DNA of 64,000 nucleotides, from assembly GCA_024137785.1 (NCBI GenBank), contig JAHRHZ010000023.1, positions 4,976,087 to 5,040,086 of the forward strand. The letters run 5' to 3'. Made by a program: the position numbers and the translations under genes. Origin of the DNA: Ginglymostoma cirratum. Taxonomy: Eukaryota. The notes beneath the pieces were generated by a model. That model was not told the DNA's origin. It made no database searches and worked only from the letters and a program-made list of their open reading frames with translations. Position 1 is the stretch's first letter, and the number at the start of each line of letters is the position of its first letter. Below are positions 24,010 through 36,280 of the stretch, piece after piece.

Positions 24010-24625
24010 TGTAATTCATTCATGGTACATGGACACTCCTGGCTGGAACATATTGCCTATCCCTAGTTGCTCTTGAGAAGGTGGTGGTGAACTGCATTTT
24101 TGAACCACTGTAGTCTATGTCCTGTACATAGGCCAGCAGTGCTGTAAGGGAGGGAGTTTCAGGATTTTGACCCAGCAATACTGAAGGTACAGCAATATAA
24201 TTCCAGGTCAGGATGGTGAGTGGCTTGGAGGGGCACTTGCAGGTGGTGGTGTCCTCATGTATCTGCTGCCCTCATTCTGCTAGATGGTAGTGGTTGTGGG
24301 TATGGAAGGTGCTGTCTGAAAAGCCTTGGTGAATTTCTGCCGTGTACCTTGAAGATGGTGCACACCGCTGCTATTGTGCTTTGGTGGTTGAGAGAGTGAA
24401 TATTTGTGGATGTGGTCCTGGAATGGTGCCAAGCGTCTTGAGTGTTGTTGGAGCTGCACACACCCAAGCAAGTGGGGAGTATTCCATCGCACTCTTGTCT
24501 TGTGCCTGGTGGGTAGTGGACAGGCTTTTGAGGAATCAGAAAGTGAGTTATTTGTTGCAGGATTCCTAGCCTCTGACCTGCTCTGGCCTGTTCAGTTTCT
24601 CGTCAGTGGTAATGCTCAGGATGTT
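24010..24625 (-). mobile_element. L2/CR1-group LINE 3' fragment (tail partner of SINE family B)
   Basis: NIHSLNHQSTIAAVCTIFKVHGRNSPRLFRQHLP; 3' UTR CCACCACCTTCTCAAG..CTAGGGA on the minus strand. Confidence 0.82.
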
Positions 24626-25289
24626 GTTAGACAATATCATGCAAAATATTTACAGGCTGAACAAATCCTATCAAAAGCTTTATTAAGGAGCACAGTGTTC
24701 TTCGCCAAAGAGGCAACAGAGGATCTGTGCCAGCTGCTGCAAACTAGCCCTGCAACCACAGTCTCTTGTGATTGTGATTATTAAGAGCTACACAATTTTT
24801 ACACCTCTGGGTTATTCGTAAGGATCAGAGGGTATTTGTGCAGTATCAGCCACGATTCCAACTGGATATTGATTTACCAAGTGTCTGTCACAATGTTTAG
24901 GGAAGCTGGGCAATTCATTTGGTTTAGCATCTTAGCAAGGTAGCAGGGGGTGAGGGCACAGGCTGCTGACTTCCTGAAGTGCAACAGGAGGCAATTCACA
25001 GCTCTAGTAGCCAACTTGCTCAATTTCTCAAACTGAAAAGGCAACCTTTTTTATCGTCTTGTTTATTTGGGGCAATGTGCAAGAATTTACCATAATGACG
25101 CAAGGACAAGTCTGGACATTGTCTTGGTGCATTCTCCTTTAGGAATTCCACCCTACCGGAACTCTTCACACAGCATATGAATAGAGAAGCTTGTGCCTGC
25201 CTTGTTGTGATGAATATTGAGCTCTGTTGTTGGAGTAGCATGCAAAGGATGAAGTCGCCACAATCCCAGCAGATCATAGGGATATTCTC

Positions 25290-25470
25290 TCATTAGAGGG
25301 AGAGGGAGAGACAACTGGGTGGTGAGGTTAATCTGAGGTCGCCATGCCTCAGGCAAAGGGTGAGGTGAAGAAGGTGGGACCTTTATGGTGTAGGAATTGA
25401 GTCTGTGCTGTTGACATCACTCTGCATCATGAGCCAGCTGTCCAGCCAACTGAACCAACCAACCCACTGG
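25290..25470 (-). mobile_element. tRNA-derived SINE-like fragment (third family)
   Basis: The minus strand starts GGTTGGTTCAGTTGGCTGGACAGCTGG, a tRNA-like head. Confidence 0.5.
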
Positions 25471-25499
25471 AAACCAAATCGTTGTGGTCTGTTTTGTTC

Positions 25500-25835
25500 T
25501 TTATTTACTCACTTGATGTGGGCATCTCTGGCCATCTCTAACTGCCCAGAGGGCTGTTAAGAGTCAATCACATTGCTGTGAGTCTCGAGTCACGTGTAGA
25601 CCAGACTACATAAGAATGGCAGTTTCCTTCCCTAAAGGACATTAGTGAACCAGACAGGTTTTTCCAACAATTGACAATGGATTCATGGTCATCATTTGAC
25701 CCTTAATTCCAGATTCTTTATTGAATTCAAATTCCACCATTTGCTATGGTGGGATTTGAACTCAGGTCCGCAGAACATCAGCTGTGTTTCTGGATTAATA
25801 GTCTAGCGATAATACCACTAGACCATCGCCTCCCT
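25500..25835 (-). mobile_element. tRNA-derived SINE, family B
   Basis: Full-length reverse complement of the family B sequence. Confidence 0.88.
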
Positions 25836-26689
25836 CAGAAATTGTACTGAGAAGAGCTCCGCTTCCTAAAGGCCTATACACCGACATTCCTGTTTTGGCT
25901 AATTTGGAGACAAAGCATTGGAATAGCTATGATCTGAGGAGCTGGCAGTGAATGCGCCTTAAGGCATTAGAACACAGGTGGTAAATTATGTGTTCTCATC
26001 TGTTTAATATAATCTACCCATGTCACAATTGTCATCACTCTTCTTGTTCAAGCTTAAATAGCGACAAATTGTTGAATTCAGTGCTCATCCTGCATCACAT
26101 CTGATATAACTTCTTTAATATGACATAACCCTGCATGTTAATCACCTGAAGGAATAATTCAGGGCAGAATAATTCTTATTCTCATTTGACTGTGATCTCC
26201 ATAGATAACTAACTACTGCTCAGCTGTTTGACTATCTTGGCCTGTTTTACAACACAATGCTGTTTGTTGCCAGATTCATGAACTGATAATTCCAATCCAG
26301 TTTGGCAGAAAAGTCAAGTATAATTTCAAAAATATTCTAATCACATTAGCTGGATTTTGGCGAGAAAGTCAGCTTTCCCAACTGGGTCTGAAACCAAGAA
26401 AGTCTGTTTTCAAAATTATCTGATTTTCATTTCCAGCTTTCGTGGACGAGTAACCATTCTGCCAATTTACTACTCAGGCTGGGGAGGTAAAGGCTACCCC
26501 TCCCCCAACCACCAGTGACATTGCCCAAAACACCTAAAATGTTCTCAATGCACAAACGATAGGAGTAACATCAATTGTAACGTGTGTGTTTCATCTGTAA
26601 ACTGGGAGCCTATTTGAGACTTGATATTGTTTGTTGATTTCATCAAGTTATTGGTGGCAAATTGTAACAAAGATCTTGAAAGTTATGAA

Positions 26690-27210
26690 GGGAGTTTGAT
26701 AGGGTAGACTCTGTCTTCGGTTGAGGGAGACTCCTAAAGTAAGTGTTATAAATATAACAGAAGCACCGATACTTTCAATAAATCGTTCAAGAGAATCAAC
26801 CTTATCCAGAGAGTGGTTGGAATGTGAAAGTCACCACCATATGGATTGGACCATATTGGACATGTGCAAGTTAGGTGGATTGGCCTAGCTAAATTACTCA
26901 AGAGTGTAGGTTAGGTGTGTTAGCCATGGCAAATGCAGGGTTACGGGGATAGGGTACGGGGATGGGTCTGGGTGGGATGCTGTTTGGAGGGTCACTGTGG
27001 ACTCATTGAGCTGAATGGCCTGTTTCCACGCTGTATGGATTTCAATGGGTTCTATGGTTGTACTTAAGAGGAAGCTACATAGATATGAGAGACGAGGGAT
27101 CAGAGAGATATGCTGATAAATGTTAAGATGAAGTAATGTGGGGGGAGATGTGGAACGTAAGCACCAACATAGACCAGACGGACCAAATGGCCTGTTGCAG
27201 CACTGTAAAT
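26690..27210 (+). mobile_element. CR1 3' end with a nested partial family A SINE (26860-27055)
   Basis: CAGAGAGTGGTTGGAATGTG and CCAAATGGCCTGTT motifs, plus the SINE core and tail. Confidence 0.7.
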
Positions 27211-29854
27211 TCTGTCAATTGTCTAGTATTGAAGCACTGTGAAATGATTCTAGCTGACCGTGGCAGGAGGCAGTGTGAGCTCCTCTCCTGTGTAAGGTAG
27301 GCTTGTCAACAAATGCATGCAGTAAAGCTTGAGTTTAAACTCTGGATTCAAACATGCTTGATGCTGACAAATACCTTTTAAAAGTACGTATAGTGCTGAC
27401 TTAAACAGTTGGAGAGCAAACACTCATATATGACCCTTCAAGATGCAAAAGTTAATCACCAGTTTGGGAATTCTGTGCATATGAATAAGTAAACATGTAT
27501 GGATGGAGCTGTCTTCCTGCCAAGAGAATTGCAGTTACAGTCAGGCAGTCAAAGCAGGTAAAGCTCAGCTTGAAATCATTGGGAGGTCCAGCCAGATAGT
27601 GACAGCATTAGTTATTTCTTTTTAATGTCAGGAACAATTATCATCAACAACTGAACCAGATTTGTATCATTTGCAAGGGGATTTAGAAGCTTGTGATGTG
27701 TATCTAATGGAGAAGTAGAGATTCGGTATTCCACAGTACCAGTCCCACAGGATTGATCTGATGGAGGTGGACTGGATTAAAAAGAACCTTTGTGTATTTT
27801 GGACTTGGATGTTTTTCACTGCAACAAATTGCTAATTTATTAACTAACGTACCTCACAGTCTTATAAACATTTGACAACTTGTCTCTTGTTCAGGATAAT
27901 TACGTGCTTTGTCTAAACGGAATTACAACATTTGCATCAGTCTGCAAACTGAAAGGCATCTGTACTTACCATCTGAAACAATTGTGTGAGTAATTGATTT
28001 CTGAAATAGGGTGTACTTAAAGGCACGCTATAAATAGGGAAGAACACATTTGAAAGTCCTTAGTTGTGTCGCTCAGCCTTTTAGCTGTTACGCGAAATAA
28101 TGTTTAGCTAGCCTGGTGCTTAGACTAATGGCAGGTAAAAACATCTATTGCTTCTAGCAATTAGTAAGGAAATCTGCATAATTGCAGTGACAATTACACT
28201 CTTTTATTGCATGATTGAGTCGGGCGGGTAATTTTCTACTTAGTGTTGGAAATAGCTTCCATCCGCACTTTCAAACTGTTGGCAATGATATTTGTTTATG
28301 AACAATTCTGAGTCCTTACTTTCCTTCATTGGACAATGTCAGTGATAAAATCTGTTCGGAGAGCTCAGCTGGCTTCATATTAAAGATGGACATGTTTTCG
28401 TCTGGACGCTGTTAGCCCAGCATTGTTTGATTAACGAATAACATGCCCTGATTTGTACTTTTAAAGGATTGTTCATTCATCTGCTGTCTGCTTTTGGGAA
28501 CAGAAGTGACTCCCAACATTTCACCTTTTCCCTGTCTCCATACTAAACAGGAAAGCACCATTGTAAAATCCATTAATGTGAAACATTTACAGTATGAGAT
28601 TGCTGCAAGTATAGGTGATCATTTTCTACATTGCTGGTTAACACTAGTGAGAGGTGGAGTATGATTCAGCTAGGCCATGTTTTCTATCAACTCTGATAAT
28701 CTTAGTGGCACTGTCCTTGGTCCTGCAGCCTGACAGATCAATCAGGACCTCTCAGTTTCAAAGATAACAATATGTCAAATAGATTGTAGCATAGCTGGAG
28801 TATTTTCCATTCATCAGATCATTGGTACAACTGTTACCAAGAGCATCAGACGATCAGCATTTGTTTACCAGGATCATGAGAGACCATTAAAAGTATTCAA
28901 AAGGAGTTGATGGAATTATTTTCACCTTTTCTGCCTCTATTGTTGTATTATGATTCATCAAATGTCCACTTACTGTAGAGTCTATCCAACTTTTCATTTG
29001 AGTGGAAAGAAAATTAAGCTTGTTCTACAGTTAAAGTGATCTTCTCTACTAGATTCCTGTTGATGTGGTATTGATAAAGATTAATTATGCTAGTCAGAAG
29101 AGAAGGCAGGAAAGTCGACCAGTGTGGGAACTATATCCAGCAAAAAGATGTGTAATGCATGTTTGTTAGATTATGAAGTTGTTCATTTGTGGGGACATTT
29201 TCACATTGCCTCTCTTGATTCACTTTTCTTTCTTTCAAAAATGGTTGATATTCGTACACATGCTCATGTTTTCAAATTATGCCAATGAATAATGTTTAAA
29301 TAGCTCTACAAAGATGTAATCCAATTATATAAAGTATTTGAAATGTGAGGGTCTGATCTGAAACAAAGGGGAAACTTGACATTTCTAAAGATGGAAAAAG
29401 GAAGAACTTCAATTGATTTAAACATTGGACAGGAAAATAATAGTTGTCCTCTGTAAATTCAAACATAGTTTCTCCTTTTCCTGTTACATGAAAGTGGAAT
29501 CTGAATGAAACGAACCCCCGTAGTATGATGGCTATAGAAGGCCAGGAACACTTTTTCAGTTGCAGTGAGATTTTCTGTGAATCACTCTTAATGGCTGGGC
29601 AGGTACAGCGGCCAGCATCTCTGCCTGGAGCCAGAAGCTGTAGGTGTACTCTCTACTCCAGGTTTTGATGGCCAATAAAAGAGTGTTTACATAGGTTAGG
29701 GACTTCAGGCCTGATTATGTCTGTTTGCAACATTCGGTGCCTAGTCTAAATAATATAACGAAATGTGGGAAACTGACTTTTTAGTGGAAGTGTGCTGGAA
29801 TACAGCAACTTCTTTTTGGTAACTTGAAATTTGAAATGGAATAGAAACACAAAC

Positions 29855-30195
29855 CTTGTAGAAATATGCCTTTTGGCCCAACAAGTCCACACCAACCGTC
29901 CATAAAGCATCCCACACAGACTCATTCCTCTACTCTATCTCTGTAACCCTGCATTTCCCATGGCTAACACACCTAACCTACACATCTCTGAACACTGTGG
30001 ATAATTTAGTATGGCCAATATACCTAACTTGCACATCTTTGGATTGTGGGAGGAAACCAGAGAACCCAGTGGAAACGCACACAGACTTGGGGAGAATGTG
30101 CAGACTTCACACAGACAGTTGCCTGAGACTGGAATCGAACGCAGGACTCTGGTGCTGTGAAGCAGCAATGCTAACCACTGAGCCACTGTGTTGCC
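29855..30195 (-). mobile_element. tRNA-derived SINE, family A (HE1/V-SINE-like)
   Basis: Full-length reverse-complement copy. Confidence 0.9.
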
Positions 30196-30394
30196 CTTTC
30201 TGGGAAAGAATTACAACAGAGTTGCTATAATACAGCAATGTTGTCTTTACTTGCAGCATCACCCTACAAGAAAAAGATAGTTAACAATTTGTATCGCAAT
30301 TTGACTTTTTGAAAACACTTTCTTTAACATGTGGCAACTGACCTCTGTGGTGTGACCTGGCTTCTCATTAGGGTAATGAGTAATGAGTTGAAGT

Positions 30395-30790
30395 CTGTCA
30401 AAGCTGAATAGACTGGGACTTTTTGTCCCTGGAGCATTGGAGACTGAGGTTTATAAAATCATGAGGGGCATGGATAGGGTGAATGGCCAAGGTCTTTCCC
30501 CTAAGGTGGAAGTATCCAAAACTAAAATGCGTAGGTTTAAGGTGAGAGCGAAAGAAAGATTTTAAAAGGACCTTAAGGGTAACATTTTTATGCAGAGGGT
30601 GTATGGAATGAGCTGCCAGAGGGAGTGGTGGAGGCTGGTACAATTACACCATTTAGAAGGCATCTGGATGGATACATGAATAGGAGGGATATGAGCCAAA
30701 TGCTGGCAAATGGATAGGTCAGATTGGATGTCTGGTCGGTGCAGACAGGTTAGACCGAAGGGTCTCTTTCCGTGCTGTATGACTCTATCT
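30395..30790 (+). mobile_element. CR1 LINE 3' end
   Basis: GGAATGAGCTGCCAGA..GGAGGCTGGTACA..GACCGAAGGGTCT..GCTGTATGACTCTAT terminus. Confidence 0.88.
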
Positions 30791-30879
30791 GCTAGTGTCT
30801 GCGCATAATATTTCTGAAGGTGGTTGTAACTGAGACATTCAGGTGTTGAAATAACAGAACTAGGTGTTTCATCCAGGAA

Positions 30880-31055
30880 TGGAGCAAGCCAGTAACCTCA
30901 TCCTCATCATCTGCTCTCCCCACCCTCCATTTACAGCATTAAAAGGAAAGCTCCTTTCAGTGTTGAAGAACAGTCACATTGGAAATGAAATGTTAACTCT
31001 GAATCTCTCTGCACAGATGCTGCTAAGCTTCTCCAGCAGTTCCTGTTTTTGTAAC
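30880..31055 (+). mobile_element. Degenerate PLE terminal cassette
   Basis: TTGAAGAACAGTC..GAAATGTTAACTCTG..CACAGATGCT..CTCCAGCA. Confidence 0.6.
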
Positions 31056-31114
31056 TATTAACATTGGTTGGCTATTTGATGGCAATGTAGATTTTGTATT
31101 CTTCTTGTATTTCA

Positions 31115-31462
31115 CAGAATTCCTACAGTGCAGAAAGAGGCCATTCGGCCCATCGGTTGCGCACCGACCCTCTGAAGAGCTTTACACCAGGCCCAACACC
31201 CCTCCATTTTATCTCCGCATTTCCATGGCTAACCCACCTGGCCTGCATATTCCTGGATACTAAGGGGCAATTTAGCACAGCCAATCCACCTAACCTGTGC
31301 ATTTTTGGTCTGTGGGAGGAAACCAGAGCACCCGGAGGAAACCCTCACTGCCACAGGGAGAATGTGCACACTCCACACAGACGGTCGCCCAAGGCTGGAT
31401 TTGAACCTGGGTCCTTGATGCTGTGAGGCAGCAGTGCTAACCACTGAGTCACCATGCTGCCC
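31115..31462 (-). mobile_element. tRNA-derived SINE, family A
   Basis: Full-length reverse-complement copy. Confidence 0.9.
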
Positions 31463-31627
31463 TATTTCTTTGTTATTTTGTGATGTAATATTCCAGATGG
31501 TCTGAAATAAAAGCTGTTAGTTATTATCCTACCAGTTTGAGTGTTTATATGGATATAACACGGGTGGCAAGGAAAAAGAGCAATCTGTTGTTGAGGTTTA
31601 ATACTGGGCATCATTAGTTATTTAGTA

Positions 31628-31858
31628 TAAGAGATAAAAGGTACTGCAGATGCTGGAGAATCCGAGATAACAAGGCGTGGGGCTGGATGAACACAGCAGG
31701 CCAAGCAGCATCATAGGAGCAGGAAAACCTGACGTTTCGGGCCTAGACCCTTCATCAGAAATGGGGGAAGGGAAGAGGGTTCTGAAATAAATAGGGAGAG
31801 AGGGGGAGGCGGATAGAGGATGGATAGAGGAGAGGATAGGTGGAGAGGAGGGTTAGGG
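31628..31858 (-). mobile_element. Young PLE-derived short insertion carrying an intact hammerhead core
   Basis: Exact 14-bp TSD TTAGTTATTTAGTA at 31614-31627 and 31859-31872. CpGs are retained. Confidence 0.88.
31728..31761 (-). ncRNA. Minimal type I hammerhead ribozyme motif
   Basis: The minus strand reads UUU-CUGAUGA-A-GGGUCUAGGCCC-GAAA-CG-UC-AGG: complete core, stem II, palindromic ACGU stem III and GUC cleavage triplet. Activity is not shown. Confidence 0.75.
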
Positions 31859-32587
31859 TTAGTTATTTAGTAGTCTGCATTGTCACACTTTTTAAAGCAT
31901 ATCTGTATTGTCATTAGGCCAGAGGAAGAGGTGAATTGAATTGTTTGTGCTGTTCTCTTCTGTCCATAACAAGAATGTTTTATTTTTAAATTTTGTTTCC
32001 TAATTTTCCTTCTCTTTTAAGTTAGACGGTATTACATTTCCCTAAACCCTGTTTGTAAAGTCTAGTTTAGGACTGAATCATAGCAAATCCTTTGTTTTTA
32101 CCTGAAATGGGGTTTATTAATTCACTGAAAGCCCAGGGAAATGGTTTATAACAAACAGTCATACGCACACGTATCAAAGGATGAAAGAGAAGGAACAGGT
32201 GAGCAGTTACAAATTCCAAATAAATTAAAAACAAATATATTGGAATTAGTTGACATGAGTTAGAGAGTCCAGTGAGTCAGTGCCCGGTGGAAGTTGTTGT
32301 AATGGCTGAGTTTAGAAATCTCTTTTGTTGTTGAGTTGCTGTTGGATGCGCAGCGGCTGTAAACTAGGGATGGGTTTGTTTTGAGGGTGGAATTGCAGGA
32401 TTGAATCCAGAAGCAGACCTTTGCAAGAGGCTGAGATCTGAAGCACTTGTTACCTAAGCAAGGAGATGCTTATGATGTGTCATCTTCTGGTGTTACAAGC
32501 AGACTAAGTTAAAAAAGAAGTTAAAGAAATGTAGCATCAAAGGTAATTCAAGAAAACTAACATTTCACTCATGAGCTTGGCTAACAA

Positions 32588-32847
32588 AACCAGAAATTGC
32601 TGGAGAAACTCTGCAGGTCTGGCAGCATCTTTGGGAAGAAAGCAGAGTTACTGTTTCAAGACCAGTGACTACATCAGAACTGATAGTACCTAGGAAAATG
32701 TGATATTTATGCTGAAGGTGAGGTTTAGGGCGGTGGGACTCGAAACGTTAACTTTGCTTTCCTCCCACAGGTGCTGCCAGACCTGCTGAGTTTCTTCAGC
32801 AATTTCTGTTTTGTTTAAGATTTCTACCATCTACAGTTCTTTGTTTT
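32588..32847. mobile_element. PLE-derived foldback element
   Basis: About 32583-32660 is inverted relative to about 32742-32815. TSD AGCTTGGCTAACAA (32574-32587) / AGCTCAGCTAACAA (32848-32861). Confidence 0.82.
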
Positions 32848-33124
32848 AGCTCAGCTAACAAGGTGTTGTTTTGGTGTCTTGGTGAAATCCTATTGTCTTT
32901 TGGACTAGATAATGGTGGCATCATTAGGACTGTCTCCTGCATAATCAGTTTTGATGGTTTCCTTTGTTTGGAACTGGCCGAGATAATATTTTGTCTATTC
33001 TTTTGTGTTGGCTTGACTGGATTGTTCATGCAAATGAGTGGTGTGACATTCCAGAGAGATGAGTCAGCTTTTGTCATGGTAATTGCTAGAATTTTCCAGA
33101 AGCAGTTGCCATGACAATGTATTT

Positions 33125-34975
33125 ACAGAAGATGTCAATGATAATCACAGAATTGTTGTGCAGAAGGAGGCCACCTGACCCAACTCTCGAAATGAACATT
33201 TTACTCAATACCATACTCCCACCTTCTCCATAGAACCCTGCCCCATCTTCCTTTTCAGTTCACAGTTTAATTCTGCTTTGATTGAACCTGCCTCCAGTAC
33301 ACTCAGCCAGTGCATTCCAGACACTAACCATTTGCTGACACAACAAGGTGCAGAGCTGGATGAACACAGCAGGCCAAGCAACATCAGAGGAGCAGGAAAG
33401 CTGATGTTTCAGGCCTAGATCCTTNNNNNNNNNNNNNNNNNNNNNNNNNNNNNNNNNNNNNNNNNNNNNNNNNNNNNNNNNNNNNNNNNNNNNNNNNNNN
33501 NNNNNNNNNNNNNNNNNNNNNNNNCCTTTTTCATCTCCAGTGAAAGCAGTCCTAACTTTTCCAATCTATCTGTGTTGCTGAATTCCTCATCCCTGGAACC
33601 ATTCTTGTGAATATTTGCTATGTCCTGTACAGTACCTTCAAATCCTTCCTAAAATGTGGTACCCAAAACTATGTCCAATGCTCCAACTCAGGCTGAACTA
33701 GTGTCATGTACAAGCTCAACATAACCTCATTGCAATTTTACTTTATGCCTCCTTGAGTAATGTCTAGAAATCTGTATATTTTAATAACTGCTCTCTCAAC
33801 TGGTCCTGCCACCTTCAATGACTAATGCACCCAGGTCTCACTGTTCCTGCACTTCTTTCAGAATTATGCCCTATATTTTACATTGTCCCTCATGTTCTAC
33901 CTACCAAAATGAATCTCTTCATATTTCTCTGCATTGACCTTAATCTGTCACCAGTCTGCTCATTTCACCAAGGTTTCTATGTCAATTCCAAGTTCTACAC
34001 CATCTATATTACAGTTCACAAGGCTTCCAGGTTCTGTTTCATCCTAAGACTTTGAAAATGGGCCTGTTCACCAAGGTCTATTCATTCATATGTATCAGAA
34101 AAAGCAAGTATCCAACACTAACCCCTAAACAGCTCAATTACAAACCTTCTTCCAGCCCAGACATCACCCATTAACCAATACCAGAAGATCATAAGATATT
34201 AGGAGCAGAATTAGGCCATTCGGCCCATTGAGTCTGCTCCACCTTTCGACCATGGCTCATATATTTCTTAACCCTATTCTCCTGCCTTCTCCCTGTAACC
34301 CTTGATCCCCTTCCTAATCAAGAACCTATTTATCTCTATCTTAAATACACTCAATGACTTGGCCTCCACAGATTTATGTGGCAGTGAGTACCACAGAGTC
34401 ACCACCCTCTATTCCTCCTCATCTCAGTTCCAGAGTGTTGTCTCTTCGTTCTGAGGCTGTGCCTTTAGGTCCTAGTCTCTCCTACTTGTGAAAACATATT
34501 GTCCATGCCCACTCTATCCAGGCTTATCCACTCTATCCAACTTATTCTGTCAGTTTCAATCAAATCCCCCCCACACCCTTCTAAACTCCATGGAGTGCAG
34601 ACCCAGGGTCCTCAACTGCTACTCATATGACAATTCATTCACACTCTGTTTCCTGTCACTCAGCCAATTTTATATCTGTTTTGCTACTGTGCCTTTAATT
34701 TCTTGAGTTCAAATTCTGCCCACAAGTCTGTTGTATCAAGTGGCTTTTTGAAGTCCATGTACACCACATCAGCAGCATTTGTCTCATTAGCCCCCTCTGT
34801 TATCTGTTTCAGGAAACTCCAGTAAGTAAGCATAATTTTCTGTTAAGAAGTCTACCCTGGCTTTCATTAATTAGCCTGCATTTGTCCACATGGTTATTAA
34901 TTTTGTTGTCGACTATTCTTTGTAGAAGTCTCCCCGCTGTTGAAATGAAACCAACTGAGCTGGAGTTGCTGGATT
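33125..34975 (-). mobile_element. Decayed CR1 fragments with a nested CR1 3' end (34185-34640), a PLE cassette (33340-33424) and a gap
   Basis: CR1 nucleotide motifs (CCTTCCTAAAATGTGGTACCCAAAACT, GGAGCAGAATTAGGCCATTCGGCCC, TTTTTGAAGTCCATGTACACCACATC). Confidence 0.72.
33425..33524. other. Assembly gap (100 N)
   Basis: Run of N. Confidence 1.
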
Positions 34976-35334
34976 GGAGAATGCTTTAGCTTCCAATTTA
35001 GTGAATTTGAAACATACGCCTTGGTCAAGGATCTGACTGCACCCACGCAGCCTAATGACAAAACCTATCTAGGAGCCTCTCACCGTTGCAGCACAATTCC
35101 TTTTAACCAAAGGAGGTAAAGACATGATGAAAATGTTAGTTTATGTCAGAACTGAGGGCACCATTTAACACACGGCTTTAGTGAGCTTCTCAGTAAAGTA
35201 ATACAATCTCTACATTTTGAAGGAAATGTCAATACAGAACCAACTATTGGCAGAAGGCCCTGCATGTCTGCTAGAGCTCCTGAAAAAGCCCCCAGGAAAG
35301 GAATTACGTACAATTTGGAAGAGATACATCTTTA

Positions 35335-35655
35335 TCAATTCATTCACAGGATGACGGCATTGCCAGCTAGGACAGCATTTATTGCCCATCCCTAATTGCC
35401 TAGACAGCAGTTAAGAGTCAACCACATTGCTATGGGTCTGAAGAGGTAAGGATGGTAGTTTCCTTCCCTAAAGGACATTAATGAACCAGATGGGTTTTTA
35501 TGCCAATTGGCAATGGATTCACAGTCATCATTAGACTCTTAATTCCAGATTTTTACTGAATTCAAATTCTACCATCTGGCCCAGCAGATTCCCAGAATAT
35601 TACCTGGGTCTCTGGATTAGTAGTCTGGATTAATACCACTGGGTCATTACCTCCC
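35335..35655 (-). mobile_element. tRNA-derived SINE, family B
   Basis: Reverse-complement copy. Confidence 0.87.
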
Positions 35656-35959
35656 TTTTATTCCTCTATATTGCATAACAGTAAGAGCACATTGCAAAAT
35701 GGTGGTTCTCATCTGGATATTAAATGTGAATCTTGACTAAACAAAGTGAGTGAGGGAAAGTTTCAGAAAATTGCTCTGCACAAAAGGATTAGATTTTACT
35801 GAAATATTATCTTAAACATTGGAAAAATAAAACATTCGAATAGAACACCAATGTCAGACATAGCAACCATCTGTAATTGTAGTTGAGGATGATGTACCTC
35901 ATTAACGACTGAGGTTGATTTTGTAGCCTCAAATGTAACTGGACCAGTATTGAGGTGAT

Positions 35960-36280
35960 CACCACACAATGTCCACAGTCCACGGCACCTTCCAAACCCA
36001 TGACCACTACTACCTGGAATGCCAAGGACACCAGATACATGGCAACACCACCCCCTGCAAGTTCTCCTCCAAGCCCATCACCATCCTGACTTGGAAATGT
36101 ATCGGCGTTCCTTCAGTGTCATAGAATTTTAGGAACTGCTTCCCTTACATCATTGTGGGATTATCTACATCAAATGGACTGCATGTTTCAGCCTACCACC
36201 ACCTTCTCAAGGACACCTAGGGATTGACAATAAATGTTGGCTGAGCCAGTGACACCTGTATTCTTTGAATGAACAAAACA
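35960..36280 (+). mobile_element. L2/CR1-group LINE 3' end
   Basis: GCACCTTCCAAACCCATG..CATCCTGACTTGGAAAT..CCACCTTCTCAAG..AATAAATGTTGG. Confidence 0.82.
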
